From NCBI GenBank assembly GCA_964187785.1, contig OZ076421.1, positions 46,748,001 to 46,812,000 of the forward strand: a stretch of 64,000 bases of DNA, written 5' to 3'. This document shows, one piece after another, positions 46,900 through 58,100 of the stretch. The notes beneath the pieces were generated by a model. The model searched no databases, was not told the origin of the DNA, and saw only the letters and a program-made list of their open reading frames with translations. A program made the translations under genes and the position numbers. This DNA is from Amphiscolops sp. MND2022 (lineage: Eukaryota). The first letter of the stretch is position 1. Each line of letters opens with the position of its first letter.

Positions 46900-47983
46900 A
46901 CCCAAAACTTGCCACCCTAGAGAACTTTTAATTATTGAAGTCATGCAATACTATTATCATGGTATACAACGCCCTTTAGGGACTGTAAATACATGTAAAA
47001 CTAGTAAAATTTGTACTGAACAGTGTGCACTGCATGTCCAATAGACACTTGTGGACAGGCCTGTCATGAAATTCATTTAGACTACCAAGATGCATGTACA
47101 TGCAGTTAGTGCTAGAGTGTAGTGATGAATGTAGTATTTGAAATTACTAGAGAGTCACCCTTCATCAAACAAACACCGCGGTGCTATATTTAGGAACACC
47201 TGAGCGGTGTCTTTGATGTCATAAATGATGTCATACATAACCCATTTGGAGCTATATATAGAATTACTCACATTTGAAAGTCATGCAATATTCTATATTT
47301 AGAAGATGATCACCCTAAAATTGAAGGTCATGTCAACCCATGGTGATATAAATACGGAGGCCCCAAAAGGAGGGGACACAAGTTAGTTGACACTCATTAC
47401 GAAACACAACTTGTAAAATTACGTTTTACGATTGCTTGTAATATCTGAATTCTGAAATTCAACTTACAAAGCTGCCCATTTTATTGAAATGCCCTCTACC
47501 AGGAGTAAGAAAGCGAAAGCGAGGAGGTCAAGGGAAGCAGACATGTTATCAGACATGGAAAACATGGATGTCATGCTGGGTAGCGGTGAGTACAATCAGA
47601 TAGAAAGAGATATCGATCAAATGACAGGCTTTTCTAATTTGTTGAACAGGGGTGATGACGAAGAAAATCACTCAATGAGAGGTAATTCCTCTCAAGAAAA
47701 CGAAATTAGAAATATGCCTGAAAATAGGGGCAATTCTAATCTATCCAGGGAGTTAGATGTATTGTCCGGTGAAACAAACCTAAGGATCTCTCAAGAGATA
47801 AATAGTTTGTTAAATGGAATGAACTCGCAAATAGAAAATGCAATAAATTCCGCAATCAGTGAGAGAATCATTCCTCAAATGCAAGGCGTAGTTGAGACTG
47901 TGTTGAGCAGACAAGTTGGGAATGTCCAATCTTTGTCCGGAAGACCTCAAACTACAACTGAAGATGTTCGCAACGTGGATGAA
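46805..47983 (+). repeat. 3' LTR of element C, cut 70 bp before its end by element E
   Basis: Matches 32913-34090, then switches abruptly to the CA terminus of element E; carries the gag N-terminus copy starting at 47489. Confidence 0.93.
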
Positions 47984-50187
47984 TGTGTTGACCCTGCGAT
48001 GGGTGCAACTCGTTCAGTGTGAATAGCCTTGATGTTGAGGCTTGATTTTCGATCTCGTCGGGATCTGAGGCGAGGTTTTCACTATTGGGCGGCTGACCGG
48101 ACAGTGAATCTATTTTTGAGGACAAATTCTCGATCATTTTTAAAATCTCCCTTTGTCCGACTTCAGTATCTTTTATCCTTCTGGTCACTGACTTTTCAAT
48201 TTTCTCAGACAGCTCAGAGAAGTCTCGGTCGGAAATACTGGGAACGTTTTCAGTTCTCAAACTGGTTGCTTCAGGCTCGCCTAGTGAACTAGTCACTGAA
48301 TCTCTCCTGGCTTTCCTTTTAGAGGATCTTTCAGGCATTTTCCAGGTTTGAGATTTGTAAGCTCGAGATTATCCAACGAGAAGATGAGGAAAAGGTTAAG
48401 ATTTTTAATCTTCAATTGTATTTTTCAAAGTGAAAAGCAAAGTTGTTTTACAACGAGCGATTATTGAATTTCAAGATTCTAACAAAATTGTCAAATTATC
48501 AACTTGTTGAAATTATCAAGACTATTTCTCGATGCAATTATTCATTTTTTCAAAGTATATATACTTTCCGCCGGCGTGAAGCGGGGAAAAACCGCACCAC
48601 CTTCACACTTCGTTCAGCCCGGCGTCCCTTCAAGGCGGGGAAACAGGAAGTTCAGTTCCGCTTTGTCGAACTCAGACTTTCAGCTTGTTCATGCTTTCCG
48701 GGGAAAGCACGCGTCCACTTCCTGTCTGAGTTGCGACTCCGCTTCCCTTCACCTCCAACTCCCGCCTTTTCAAGACGCCGATACTGAGCAAAGTGTGAAA
48801 AAATTAATCACTGCGCACGCCCAAAGAGCGAAATGATCTAACAAAACAACAAATTGGAAATTGGGAAAATGAGAATTTCCCGAATTAATTTGGTTCAAAT
48901 ATTGCACAGCGAGATGATTATTTAATAAGAAATATAAATTAGCTCATAAAGTTCACTCATGAGAGCTTAAAAATCACAAATTCGAGTATAAATGGGAAAG
49001 CTCGGTCCCAGGCTGAGGTCTGGAACGGTTGAGGCAAAATAAAATCATTTCCCGAAAAATAATGATTAATTATATCAACAACAAACAATTCAGTGATTAG
49101 AATCAACTCGAAAATACGGTTCGAGTCTCTTCCCAATCTAGTTGAGTGGAAATTGACTCTAAACAAGGCAACACAAATCATTTATGGAGATTAAACAAAT
49201 TAAATCGAACATTTAATCCCAGGCCAAGGTCTGGGCCGCGGCTTGGCGTTCTCAAATTAAATACTGCATTTACATGGTTAAAATCATCATACATTGCATG
49301 CAATCAATCATTATCGCTTACTGTTGTATGTGTTACGTCACTGCTCCCTCGCGAGAGCGGAGAAATGGTTAGGGGGATCGATATTTTCAATTCCAGGATG
49401 GATTTGGTCAGAATAGATTTCAGGCCGTGTCTCAGGCCGCGGTCTACTTCATTTAGCACTTGAACATGGTTTATCTGTAAAAATAGCATCATACTTCATT
49501 CTTTATCTTCAGACATCTTTTGAGATTGCAGGCATTGATTGGTAGGCTCATTAGGAGCAGAAAAGATCACTATTAACATTAACAATTTCCATTTCTACAA
49601 TGGATTTTATAGATTTACATTTCAGGCCATGTCCTGGGCCGCAGTATATCGGTATTTCAAAGTTAGCTCCAATACTTGTTTATATGGACAATTACATGTA
49701 TAACGTTGTTCTAATACGCGTTTAGCGCATCAACAGGTTTACATGTATTCACAAAATAGCATAATTAGTGTTAGAGATTGATTCGTAGCACTTTCATTCT
49801 CAGGCCACTCGCCAGGCCACCGCTTCACTGCGCAAATCTCAGGCCGGCTGCCAGGCCGCAGTTCCGCCATTATTCATTCAGGCCGCTTACTGAGCGGTGT
49901 GATTGTATTACTATTAATTATATAGCACCGTATTAATACTATTAACTGCACAAGTAGCTTTATACCGGTTAGTACACTGTATGTAAGTATATATAACTAC
50001 ATAAATATTAATATATAATTTCTTCTAATTATTATATTATTTAGCGCCATTATTTCAGGTTGTATGGATTGAACTGATTGTTTTCTGGTTTTCTGTTTTC
50101 ATTTCTCCTTTTTCCATTTCCTAATTTATTCTTCGAAGACTGGGTTGATTCTGCTGCAATACTCACAGCTCAAGTGGGGCTGTGACA
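47984..50187 (-). repeat. 3' LTR of element E (confirmed to 49825; outer boundary at ~50187 is inferred)
   Basis: About 11 differences over 1842 bp from 62159-64000 by manual count; candidate start on the minus strand AAAGAAGCCGAGGAC|TGTCACA, inside the small ORF as in element C. Confidence 0.75.
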
Positions 50188-50725
50188 GTCCTCGGCTTCT
50201 TTGCCCAGTTCCCTCAGGAAGGAGAAATTGGGAAATGGATGGTATCGGTGTATCAAACAAAGTGGTGAGGTCATCTCTCATTGAATCGTATGATCGCCAT
50301 GAAGAGCTGCTTTCCCAACTGCTGCCTGACCAGTAGCCTTCTGAGCTGCTGTCGGTCTCGCTTATCGAGCTTATAGGGCTGTCGACAAAATAATCAGGGC
50401 TGTTTTGGTCCTCTTGATTGAATCGTCTGATGGGGCTCATGAATTCGTCATCTGGGATAACAGGATTATCTGTGGTGAACCTTCGTATTACTCCTTGTTC
50501 ATTTTCGACGTTAACTGCATTCACAAGTGGTTGTTCGTGAACAAGGACTATGTGTATGTCTTCCGTCTTGACTATTTCATAAACAATAGCAGGCTGCGTT
50601 GGGTTGATGATACGATAATTAGGCGGTGGAGTACTGGGCCTTTGTTCAGTCGGTGTTGGCTGTTGATCTCGTTCAAGAATAAAAACGTCTTCGTCTGCTT
50701 GGTTATTTGAAATGGGATGATTCAT
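50126..50725 (-). CDS. Small sense accessory ORF of element E, 199 aa, acidic and Ser-rich with a C-terminal CEYC
   Basis: Open frame in the same position as 46003-46899 of element C; function unknown. Confidence 0.6.
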   Translation of the reverse strand: MNHPISNNQADEDVFILERDQQPTPTEQRPSTPPPNYRIINPTQPAIVYEIVKTEDIHIVLVHEQPLVNAVNVENEQGVIRRFTTDNPVIPDDEFMSPIRRFNQEDQNSPDYFVDSPISSISETDSSSEGYWSGSSWESSSSWRSYDSMRDDLTTLFDTPIPSISQFLLPEGTGQRSRGLSQPHLSCEYCSRINPVFEE

Positions 50726-50951
50726 TATAATAGCAAGCTGAGTGTCAATCAGTTTTCAGTACAACTGATTTGCTCCGCTTGGAAAAAGTTTGTTCACGCG
50801 GTTTGCGTCAACTCCGTGAATTGTTCAGCTGGCAGACTGAACAACTCTCCTTATATAGTAGATGACTTCTAGTATTAATAATTCCATTGTTTTACGCCAC
50901 ATCTTCATTGTTTTGTTGTATTCGGGTATTTTTCAGAAAATTCTGCGAAGT

Positions 50952-53900
50952 ATGAGTTCCACAGAGGAAGATAATGCCTTACTGTGTCAGAGTCAGGAGG
51001 TTGGACTGAAAGAGAGTGAGGCTGAGGCGGAGTCAGTCGTCGAGTCAGTGGTTCGTGGAGAGGAGAGAGTAGAGGATGGTGGTGACAAGGATGAAAATGA
51101 TGAGGCGGGTGATGCAGGCCATGGGGACGAAGTTGAAGAAACAGGTGAGGAAGAAGCTGGTGGATTACCTGTGCCAGGTTTTGGCGAGAAAGATGTTCCT
51201 AGTGGCGACGATGATGAAGAGATTGGCAGTTGCGTGGCGACCGGTTCCTTCCATTCTGCTACGAGCGATGATCGCCATGAGATGGACTACTTAGCAAAGA
51301 AGAAAGGTAAGCTTTTCTAGAAATTGATGTGTGGCCGGCCCTTTCTAGGCATCGTTAGTGAACGCGTTCTTTTTCATCTACTTTCTGTAGTTACTGATGA
51401 TGAAGCCGATGGTGACTATGTCCCCGGTCGTCGTGCTAGATCCCAGAGTAAGAAAAAGCAGCGGACGAGTCGTGTGTTGTCAACTGGGAGTGTGCACTCA
51501 GCAAAACGGGTTCGATTGGCAGACATTGTTTCTGGGTCAGTCTCCAGGCCACCGACTCTGTATGACAGCTCTGGTGATGACTATGTGCCCCCCATGATTT
51601 CTGCTTCACATACTCTTGAAAGTAGGTATTCTGTCTTCTTTCTTGTGTCATATGAATACATGTATCAGAGTATTGCATTTTTAGGGACAATTGCTGAGTT
51701 CCGTGTGTTTCATATGTTGCTTTTATTGTAGTCGTTGAGCCTGGGACTGCGCCGAGGGTTCATTCTTCTGAGGACAGTGATGTTTTCATCTGTGAGTATG
51801 CTGTTGGTACCCCTGCCCCCGAAAGTGACGCTGTCTCAGTGTTTCCCGCAGAGACTGCCGGGCATACCCGGACTCAGCATGGTCGAGCTGCTGTAGGGGT
51901 GGAAGCTTCAGTTGTCTACAACGATTGGGATACTGGTATGTTGAACTGTATTTGTTTTGTACTTCATGTCGTCGCTTCCTTGGTTCTGTAGTTGTTTGGC
52001 CGGCTTTAGGTTAGCTTCTGTATCCTTTACGGTGGGTAACATGTGTTGTTTTTGTTATTAGTTGGCTTGGCACCTGTTCCCCCTGAGTCGCCGATGATGA
52101 TGTCAGCTGCTCAGTGTGTAATGCTGGCCCGGAGTGCTGCCCGAGCAGAACATACTGAGGCACTGAAGGAGACGAAGAACTTGACAAAGCGTGAGTGCAT
52201 GTTTTCTTTCTTGTTTTGGGTTGTGTTCTGTTCTGCTGACTGTTATGCTTGTTTCCTTGGTGTTACTCTCTTTGTCTGTAGGTTGATTGTGTGATTGGTT
52301 TGGTTTTCTTTGTGTCATTTGTTTGATCACCGGTTGTTGTATTTAGAGTTCGAAGAGTTATCCCGGCTACTGAAAAGGAAAGGCATCGATGCTAACAATC
52401 CTGGCCGAGTGCTTGACCCTTTAGAAGCAAAGAAGGAGAAATTGTTGGCCCGAGAGGAGGAACGTGCTAAGAAGCAGACGGAACGGCACGTGTTAACAAA
52501 GGCCATGAGTGATCATGCTATCCCCAGGCTATTCGTCAGCCGACGAAACGACAAGAGCCCCAATGGATTCAACTGCTCGATTTGTCAGAAAGACGTTTCC
52601 TTTTTATCTCGTGGTGCTCGTGGAATCTGGAGGCACTTCAAGTGCAAAGGCCACTACCTCAAAGATCGTCGGTACCGTTACGACCACGAGGATGTGATCT
52701 ACACTGAAAAGTTGGATCCCATCCGGGTTGCAGACCTGTCAACTGAGCAGCGTGCTGAAATTGAGGAAACGCCCCCCGTGGTACTGGGCAAAATGAATAA
52801 ATTCATCGAAGACGAGGTGGATGCATTGGTTGGTGTCCCTTCCAATGTGCCTCCAACTACTCTTGTGGGATGTTTGTTCGAGCTGCTGAGGAGCGGTGGG
52901 TCTCAAGTGTTCCTGCGTCGGTTATGGAATCAGTTCCGGACGACTTTGCCTGTCGAGAGCCCGTACGCTTCAGTGACCTGGAGCAAAACAGAGACTCTGG
53001 TGGTCCTTGTGCAGACCTTGTATCCCCGTGTGGTTCGTCGCGTGAAGTCGTGGCTAGGTGACAGCCCGTTTAGCTTGGCGCTGCAGGCTTCATACTCCGG
53101 TGTGAAATGCATCGTCCGTTGCTGCCCCGACGACTGCCTGCGCGAAGTGCATCTCTTTGACGAGGACCGTGGCGCAGTTTCTTGTGAGGCCGAAATGCAG
53201 TGTCTGTCGCGAGTTTTGTCGCTTGTTTCAACGAGTCGAGGGCCTGCAACCATCGTGGACTGTCCTCCGGTCCTTTTCAATGCTTATGTTGACTGGTGTT
53301 GCTCAGTAGGGCGTCCTGTGCCTATTGTTTCCGTGACCTTTGGCCCTGATCTGTTACGTCGTCTGATCAACGAATCCAGTTTTGTGTGTGTTGGGTCTGT
53401 GGATCCATTTGCGACCGTGGAGTACCTAGTACAGCGCCTGAAACGAGTTCGACATCAGGCATGGTTATTGAATTTACCTCAGTTACGTCTGTGTCTTGAG
53501 TCTGGAGTCGTGCCCTTTGAGTCATTGTGTGAAGTATTGCAGGAGTTACTGGATAACTGGGCTGATGTAAAACTTTGTTTGTCTAACGATGTTCTGTTGA
53601 TGAAGAAGGCAGTTAACGTGGTTGATTTGGGCTCTTTGCTGTGTTCAGACCGCTTGGGGTTACCTCGGCTGGCCTTATTGCACGTCATCCTGTTATGCTA
53701 CTGCTCAAACTTCAGGAAACAGCAAGATCCAAATGTCCGAGATTACGCTTGTCGTAATTTCACTGATTTTTGCTTCTTTTACTGGAGTCTTCTGGGTAAA
53801 GTGAAGAAGGTCAGTCAGCTTCCATCAGTCGACAATTGGTTCGAGTACATCGATCAGCCTTTGACCAACTGGGCTAACGTTACTGCCTCTGAATGTTTGC

Positions 53901-54811
53901 GGGCTGAACCGAGTATCCTTTCTGCATTGCGAGGCTTTGATGATGCTGCCCGCCGATCGTTCCTGCGAGATTGTCAGCAATATCTGTTGGAGTTTTTGAA
54001 GCAGCTCGGTTCGTCCAATTATGCTAATTCTCGTATTGCCCGCTCGCTCAGCTGCTTGAGCGTGGATATGTTGGTGTGCGGGGATGCGGAGTATGTCGTG
54101 GACCTGTTCCAGGATTTAGTGACCTGTCTCCAAGAAGGTGGTTATCTGAGTGGTTTAGACCGCGAGTCGTCTGTTAATGAGTTCAAGTCCTTAGTCGTGG
54201 AACTCCGTGAACGGTCAGTCGACCCTGCTCGAATCCCGGATATATTTACATATTTGGAAGCCAGTGAAGTCTATCAGTGTCGGAGTCATGTGAAGCAAGT
54301 TGTCCGTCTGTTGCGAGTGATTGTAAGTCCTGCTTCTAGTGCGATGCCTTCAGTGGATGTTTCGATGAGTGGGATTGGGCTGCCAGTTTCTGCCATACGG
54401 TCTGGTTTGAGTGCAGTGCAGTCTTTTGTCCTTCATCCGAAGTTCGTTTCGAATGATCTGTTAACGGTTGAGTGTCTGGAGGAATTAAAGGTTAATCTGC
54501 CAGCTGGGCATCAGTTCCTTGCGCGTACCTCCTTTGATGTCTGTGATGGTGTCAGTCGGCATGCTTGGAAGGACATATTCGAGAGTCTATTCCAGTGCTA
54601 TAATGCGTATTATTCTGGTCAAGTTGAGGAGTGGAGGTCGCGTATGTTGGCTGGGCCGTCTTCCCGAGGTGAATGTTCTGGTGCTGCTTCTGTTGCTGAC
54701 ACTGTGCCTCTGGCTGAGGCTTCTGGTTCCAGGCGGGCTACTTCAGGTTCGTCTGTAGAAAAAGGGAAAGGCAGTCACAAGAAAGGCCGCCAGCACGGGA
54801 AATCCTGTTGA
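50952..54811 (+). CDS. Antisense 5-exon accessory gene of element E, 1127 aa: acidic disordered N-terminus, BED-like zinc finger, catalytically degenerate hAT-transposase-like body
   Basis: Exons 50952-51306, 51391-51621, 51732-51935, 52062-52190 and 52347-54811; four GT-AG phase-1 introns (84, 110, 126, 156 nt) join into one 3384-nt stop-free frame; CSIC...WRHFKCKGH at 52574-52654. Confidence 0.88.
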
Positions 54812-55179
54812 ACTCTGTTGAGAGAGGAAAACAAAACTTTTGATGAGCTTCTTTTGAACTTGTTTGATTGATATTCTTGATATGGTTGCTGATTTGTTAT
54901 TTATTTGTTTCTTTTAGCGTCGTGCGGTTCCACGAGTTGGTTCCATGAAGAAAAAAAATGAAAGAGAAAAAAAGGTAAAAATCCATGCTCTGGTGTTGTG
55001 AAGCAAACCAGAAAGTTCGAGGCGTCTCAATTATCTGTTGGGTCTTTTGGAATTTCGTATTTAGCCTCTGCATCGTTTTCATCCAAGTCGTAGAGTGAGA
55101 GAGTGATAAGCCATTGTAGATTGAGGAGATTTGAGATTCAGTTGTAGATCGGCCGTCCAGGTTAGAGCCTGGGGCCACA

Positions 55180-58100
55180 TTAATTTTCTGATCTTGGGCC
55201 CCCGTCTGGGCCGAGGTCTGCTAGGATCTGTATTTCTGGGCGGTCGCCCAGGCCTTCGTTTTGAATTGCGGGATTTTCGGAGTTTATTTCTACTGCATTA
55301 TAGTATGCGAAATCTGGTTTCCAATTTGAAGCTGGGTTTCGTCGGAGATTGTAATGAGATTTTCGGGGGGATTTAGGAACGGGTGGACAATCTTCGGGTT
55401 CATCTTCAGTGTCTAGGTCTGGGTCATCTGTCTGGGTTCCTGGGTGGTTATTACTGCTTCCAGGTCCATGCTCTGGGTCGGGGTTCGAAGGGCTGGGGTA
55501 CGTTGGGTCATTATCTGGTTCCTGTGCTTGGGGTATTACTTCGGGTTCAGGTGGCTGACTATTTGCGGGGTGGGTAGGGTGTTCTTGATGAAGTTCCTGC
55601 CAAGCCATTGCGAAAAGGTCATCGTGCTGTATAGGCACTTCGGTGTCCTGCTGGAAATCTTTAGGCGCAACTGAGATGTCAGGCAGTTTGTGGCTGCTTG
55701 CGAATGGTCGTAGTCTGATTCTGTGCAGGATTTGGGTGAGGTTCGTTTGGAGTTTTCGGATTAAATAGTTATTATTGGGTAGGGTTTTGACCACGATATA
55801 TGGTCCCGTCCAAAGGTATTCCCGAAACGGCAGTTTTGTCGCTTGGCTATGCGCCTTTGGATGCAATGCATAGCAGTAGTCGTTTACTACCAGTGGGTTT
55901 GCTGATGCCTTTCTGTCATAATAGCGTTTATGACGGACATAGGCCTGCATCAGAGCTTGCTGGCTTTGGTTGAGGATCTGTTGTGTTTGTTGTAACACTC
56001 CCTCGGCTATCTCGTGGTTGATTGGGGTAGGGGGCTGTGGCTTGAGTCCATATTTCAGGTCAAGTACATTGTAGGGCACTCTTCCGTGAAACACTCTGCT
56101 CGGGTTCGCATCCTAGTGATGTGTGGTATGAGGTATTGTAATTCAATACCGCCATCGGTAGGAATTGATGCCACATCGTGCGCCGTTCCCCTGTCATTAT
56201 TTTGAGGCTTTCCTTCAGGGAGGCGTGAGTCCTCTCCAGGATGCCGATCGTCTGAGCGTGTTTCGTGGTGGCGTGTTTCAGTTGGATTCCCAGTGCAGTG
56301 GTGGTTTGTTGCATCGCTTCTGATATGAATTGGGATCCCTTGTCCGTTATGATTGTTGTGGGTAAATAGCAATGTCTGGTGATGATGTCCATTAGGACTC
56401 TGGTGACCGTTCTGGTATCAATTCTAGCGACACTGTAGGCGAATAGGTACCTGGAGAAGACATCCATTGCTGTAATGACTGCGGTGTAACCTCCTGATGG
56501 GTCATCGAAGGGGACTATGTCCATCTGGAGTGCGTCTTCGGGTCCCATTGCTATTTTTGACATGTCGATCAGCGGTGGTGTGATGGTGCTATTGGGTGTC
56601 CGCTTTGTTTGGGCGCATTCCATACATTGTGAGATATGGTTGGCTATTCGGGCGGCAAGTCCTGGGTAGTAGTATTTCTCGCGGCATTGTTGAATGGTTT
56701 TGGCTATGCCCGGGTGTCTTCCATATTTGCCATGATGGTGGTGTATGAATTCGTTGACCAGTTGTTGGGGGAGCAGCACTTGTAAATATTTGACTTTCCC
56801 AGTATCCCCAAAATATTGTCTATACAAGAGGCCGTCTTTGATGATGATCCTATCTTCTTGGGCTAGGTACTTCGCTGCTCTGGGGTCGTCATTGAGGAGT
56901 TGGGTGTCGTACGGCTCCTTCAATATTTTGAGCTTGAGATTTCTGAGGACAGGGTCCTGGTCCTGGTGTGGTCTGAGGCTGCGTGGAAAACTGTTTTCAT
57001 TGTATAGCTGGCGCCTTTGTTTCTGTTCCGGGTCTTGGATGCTGTTGCAAACCAGGGGCAGATTCTCCGTTTGAGGGTTTGGTTCGGTTGTATCAGTTTG
57101 AGTATCGGTTGGTTAATCTTGGGGGTTATAGATTTTCTTTCGGGCACTCTGTTTGCGTTCCCAGATGTCTTCTTCAGTTTCGGAATCGTCTTCTGGCAAG
57201 AAGTAAAATTGGTCCTCCTCATGTATATCTGAGGATTGGATGTTCACTTGGATGGGTGTTGTCTGGATATCTTCTCTGATTTGGAGAAGGACCTTTTCCT
57301 TGGGACTGATGTCCAATCGGGAGAGGAAGTCTGCCGCCGTGTTCATCCTTCCTGGCACATGGGCGATTTTGAAATGGAATTGGAGCACGAAATCACAAGC
57401 GTTCCACAGGGAGGGTGGAATCATTTTGGTTTGAAAAAACCTTGTGACTGATTTATTGTCTGTTAGGACGATGGTTGGCTTGGAAGAACCCCACAAGATG
57501 TGACTATACTCCATGAAGGCGAAATAGATGGCTAAAAACTCCTTGGCATAAATTGACATTTTCAATTGTGACGGAGAGAAAGTTTTAGATCCAAATGCCA
57601 CGGGAGCATGGGTTTTCTTGGTGGAGGTGAGTTTCTGTTCTGGGTCCTCTTCGGTCATTAAGGCGTAGCCTGCGTTCTTGAAATTGGCGTCAGTCATCAT
57701 GACATACTGCCGGTTTGGCAGCGGCTGTTTGAGCCAGAGCCCGCACGCGTTGTCTAAGGACTTGTTGATGGCCTCAAAGTTTGCTATGAGCTCTCTTGGT
57801 TGATTTTGGCAGGCTTGTCAGATTTGATGAGTTCGTGGAAAGGGGCAATCTTCTCGGATAATCGAGGAATGTAATTTCTGTAATAGTTTACAAATCCGAT
57901 ATATCGTTGAAGTCCTTTCTTCGTTCGGGGGAACTTGAGTGTTTGCAAGTATTTCTGTATCTTGTGGCTCTGGGGTGCTACACCTGATGGGGAGATCGTT
58001 CGCCCAAGGAATTCGACTTCCTTGGCGCCGAACTGACATTTCGCCATTGTGAGCCGGAGTCCTGCGGCGCGGATGCATTGGAAGACCTCTCTCAAATTGT

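Larger units (their letters stand above)
32913..47983 (+). mobile_element. Element C: Ty3/Gypsy LTR retrotransposon with an antisense accessory gene; 3' LTR interrupted by element E
   Basis: Direct repeats 32913-34090 and 46805-47983; PBS, gag, frameshifted pol and PPT. Confidence 0.93.

Noticed and set aside
47952-48338. Independent genes at 47489-48022 and 47952-48338
   Set aside because: These are the LTR-borne copies of the gag N-termini of C and E, running a few codons into each other at the insertion junction.
48443-49492. 60-114 aa ORFs in the LTR of E (repeated at 62618-63667)
   Set aside because: They recur only because the LTR is duplicated; overlapping frames and no motifs.
50952-54811. 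An autonomous hAT DNA transposon inserted into E
   Set aside because: No terminal inverted repeats or 8-bp TSD were seen, catalytic residues appear absent, and a diverged homolog occupies the same position and orientation in element C.
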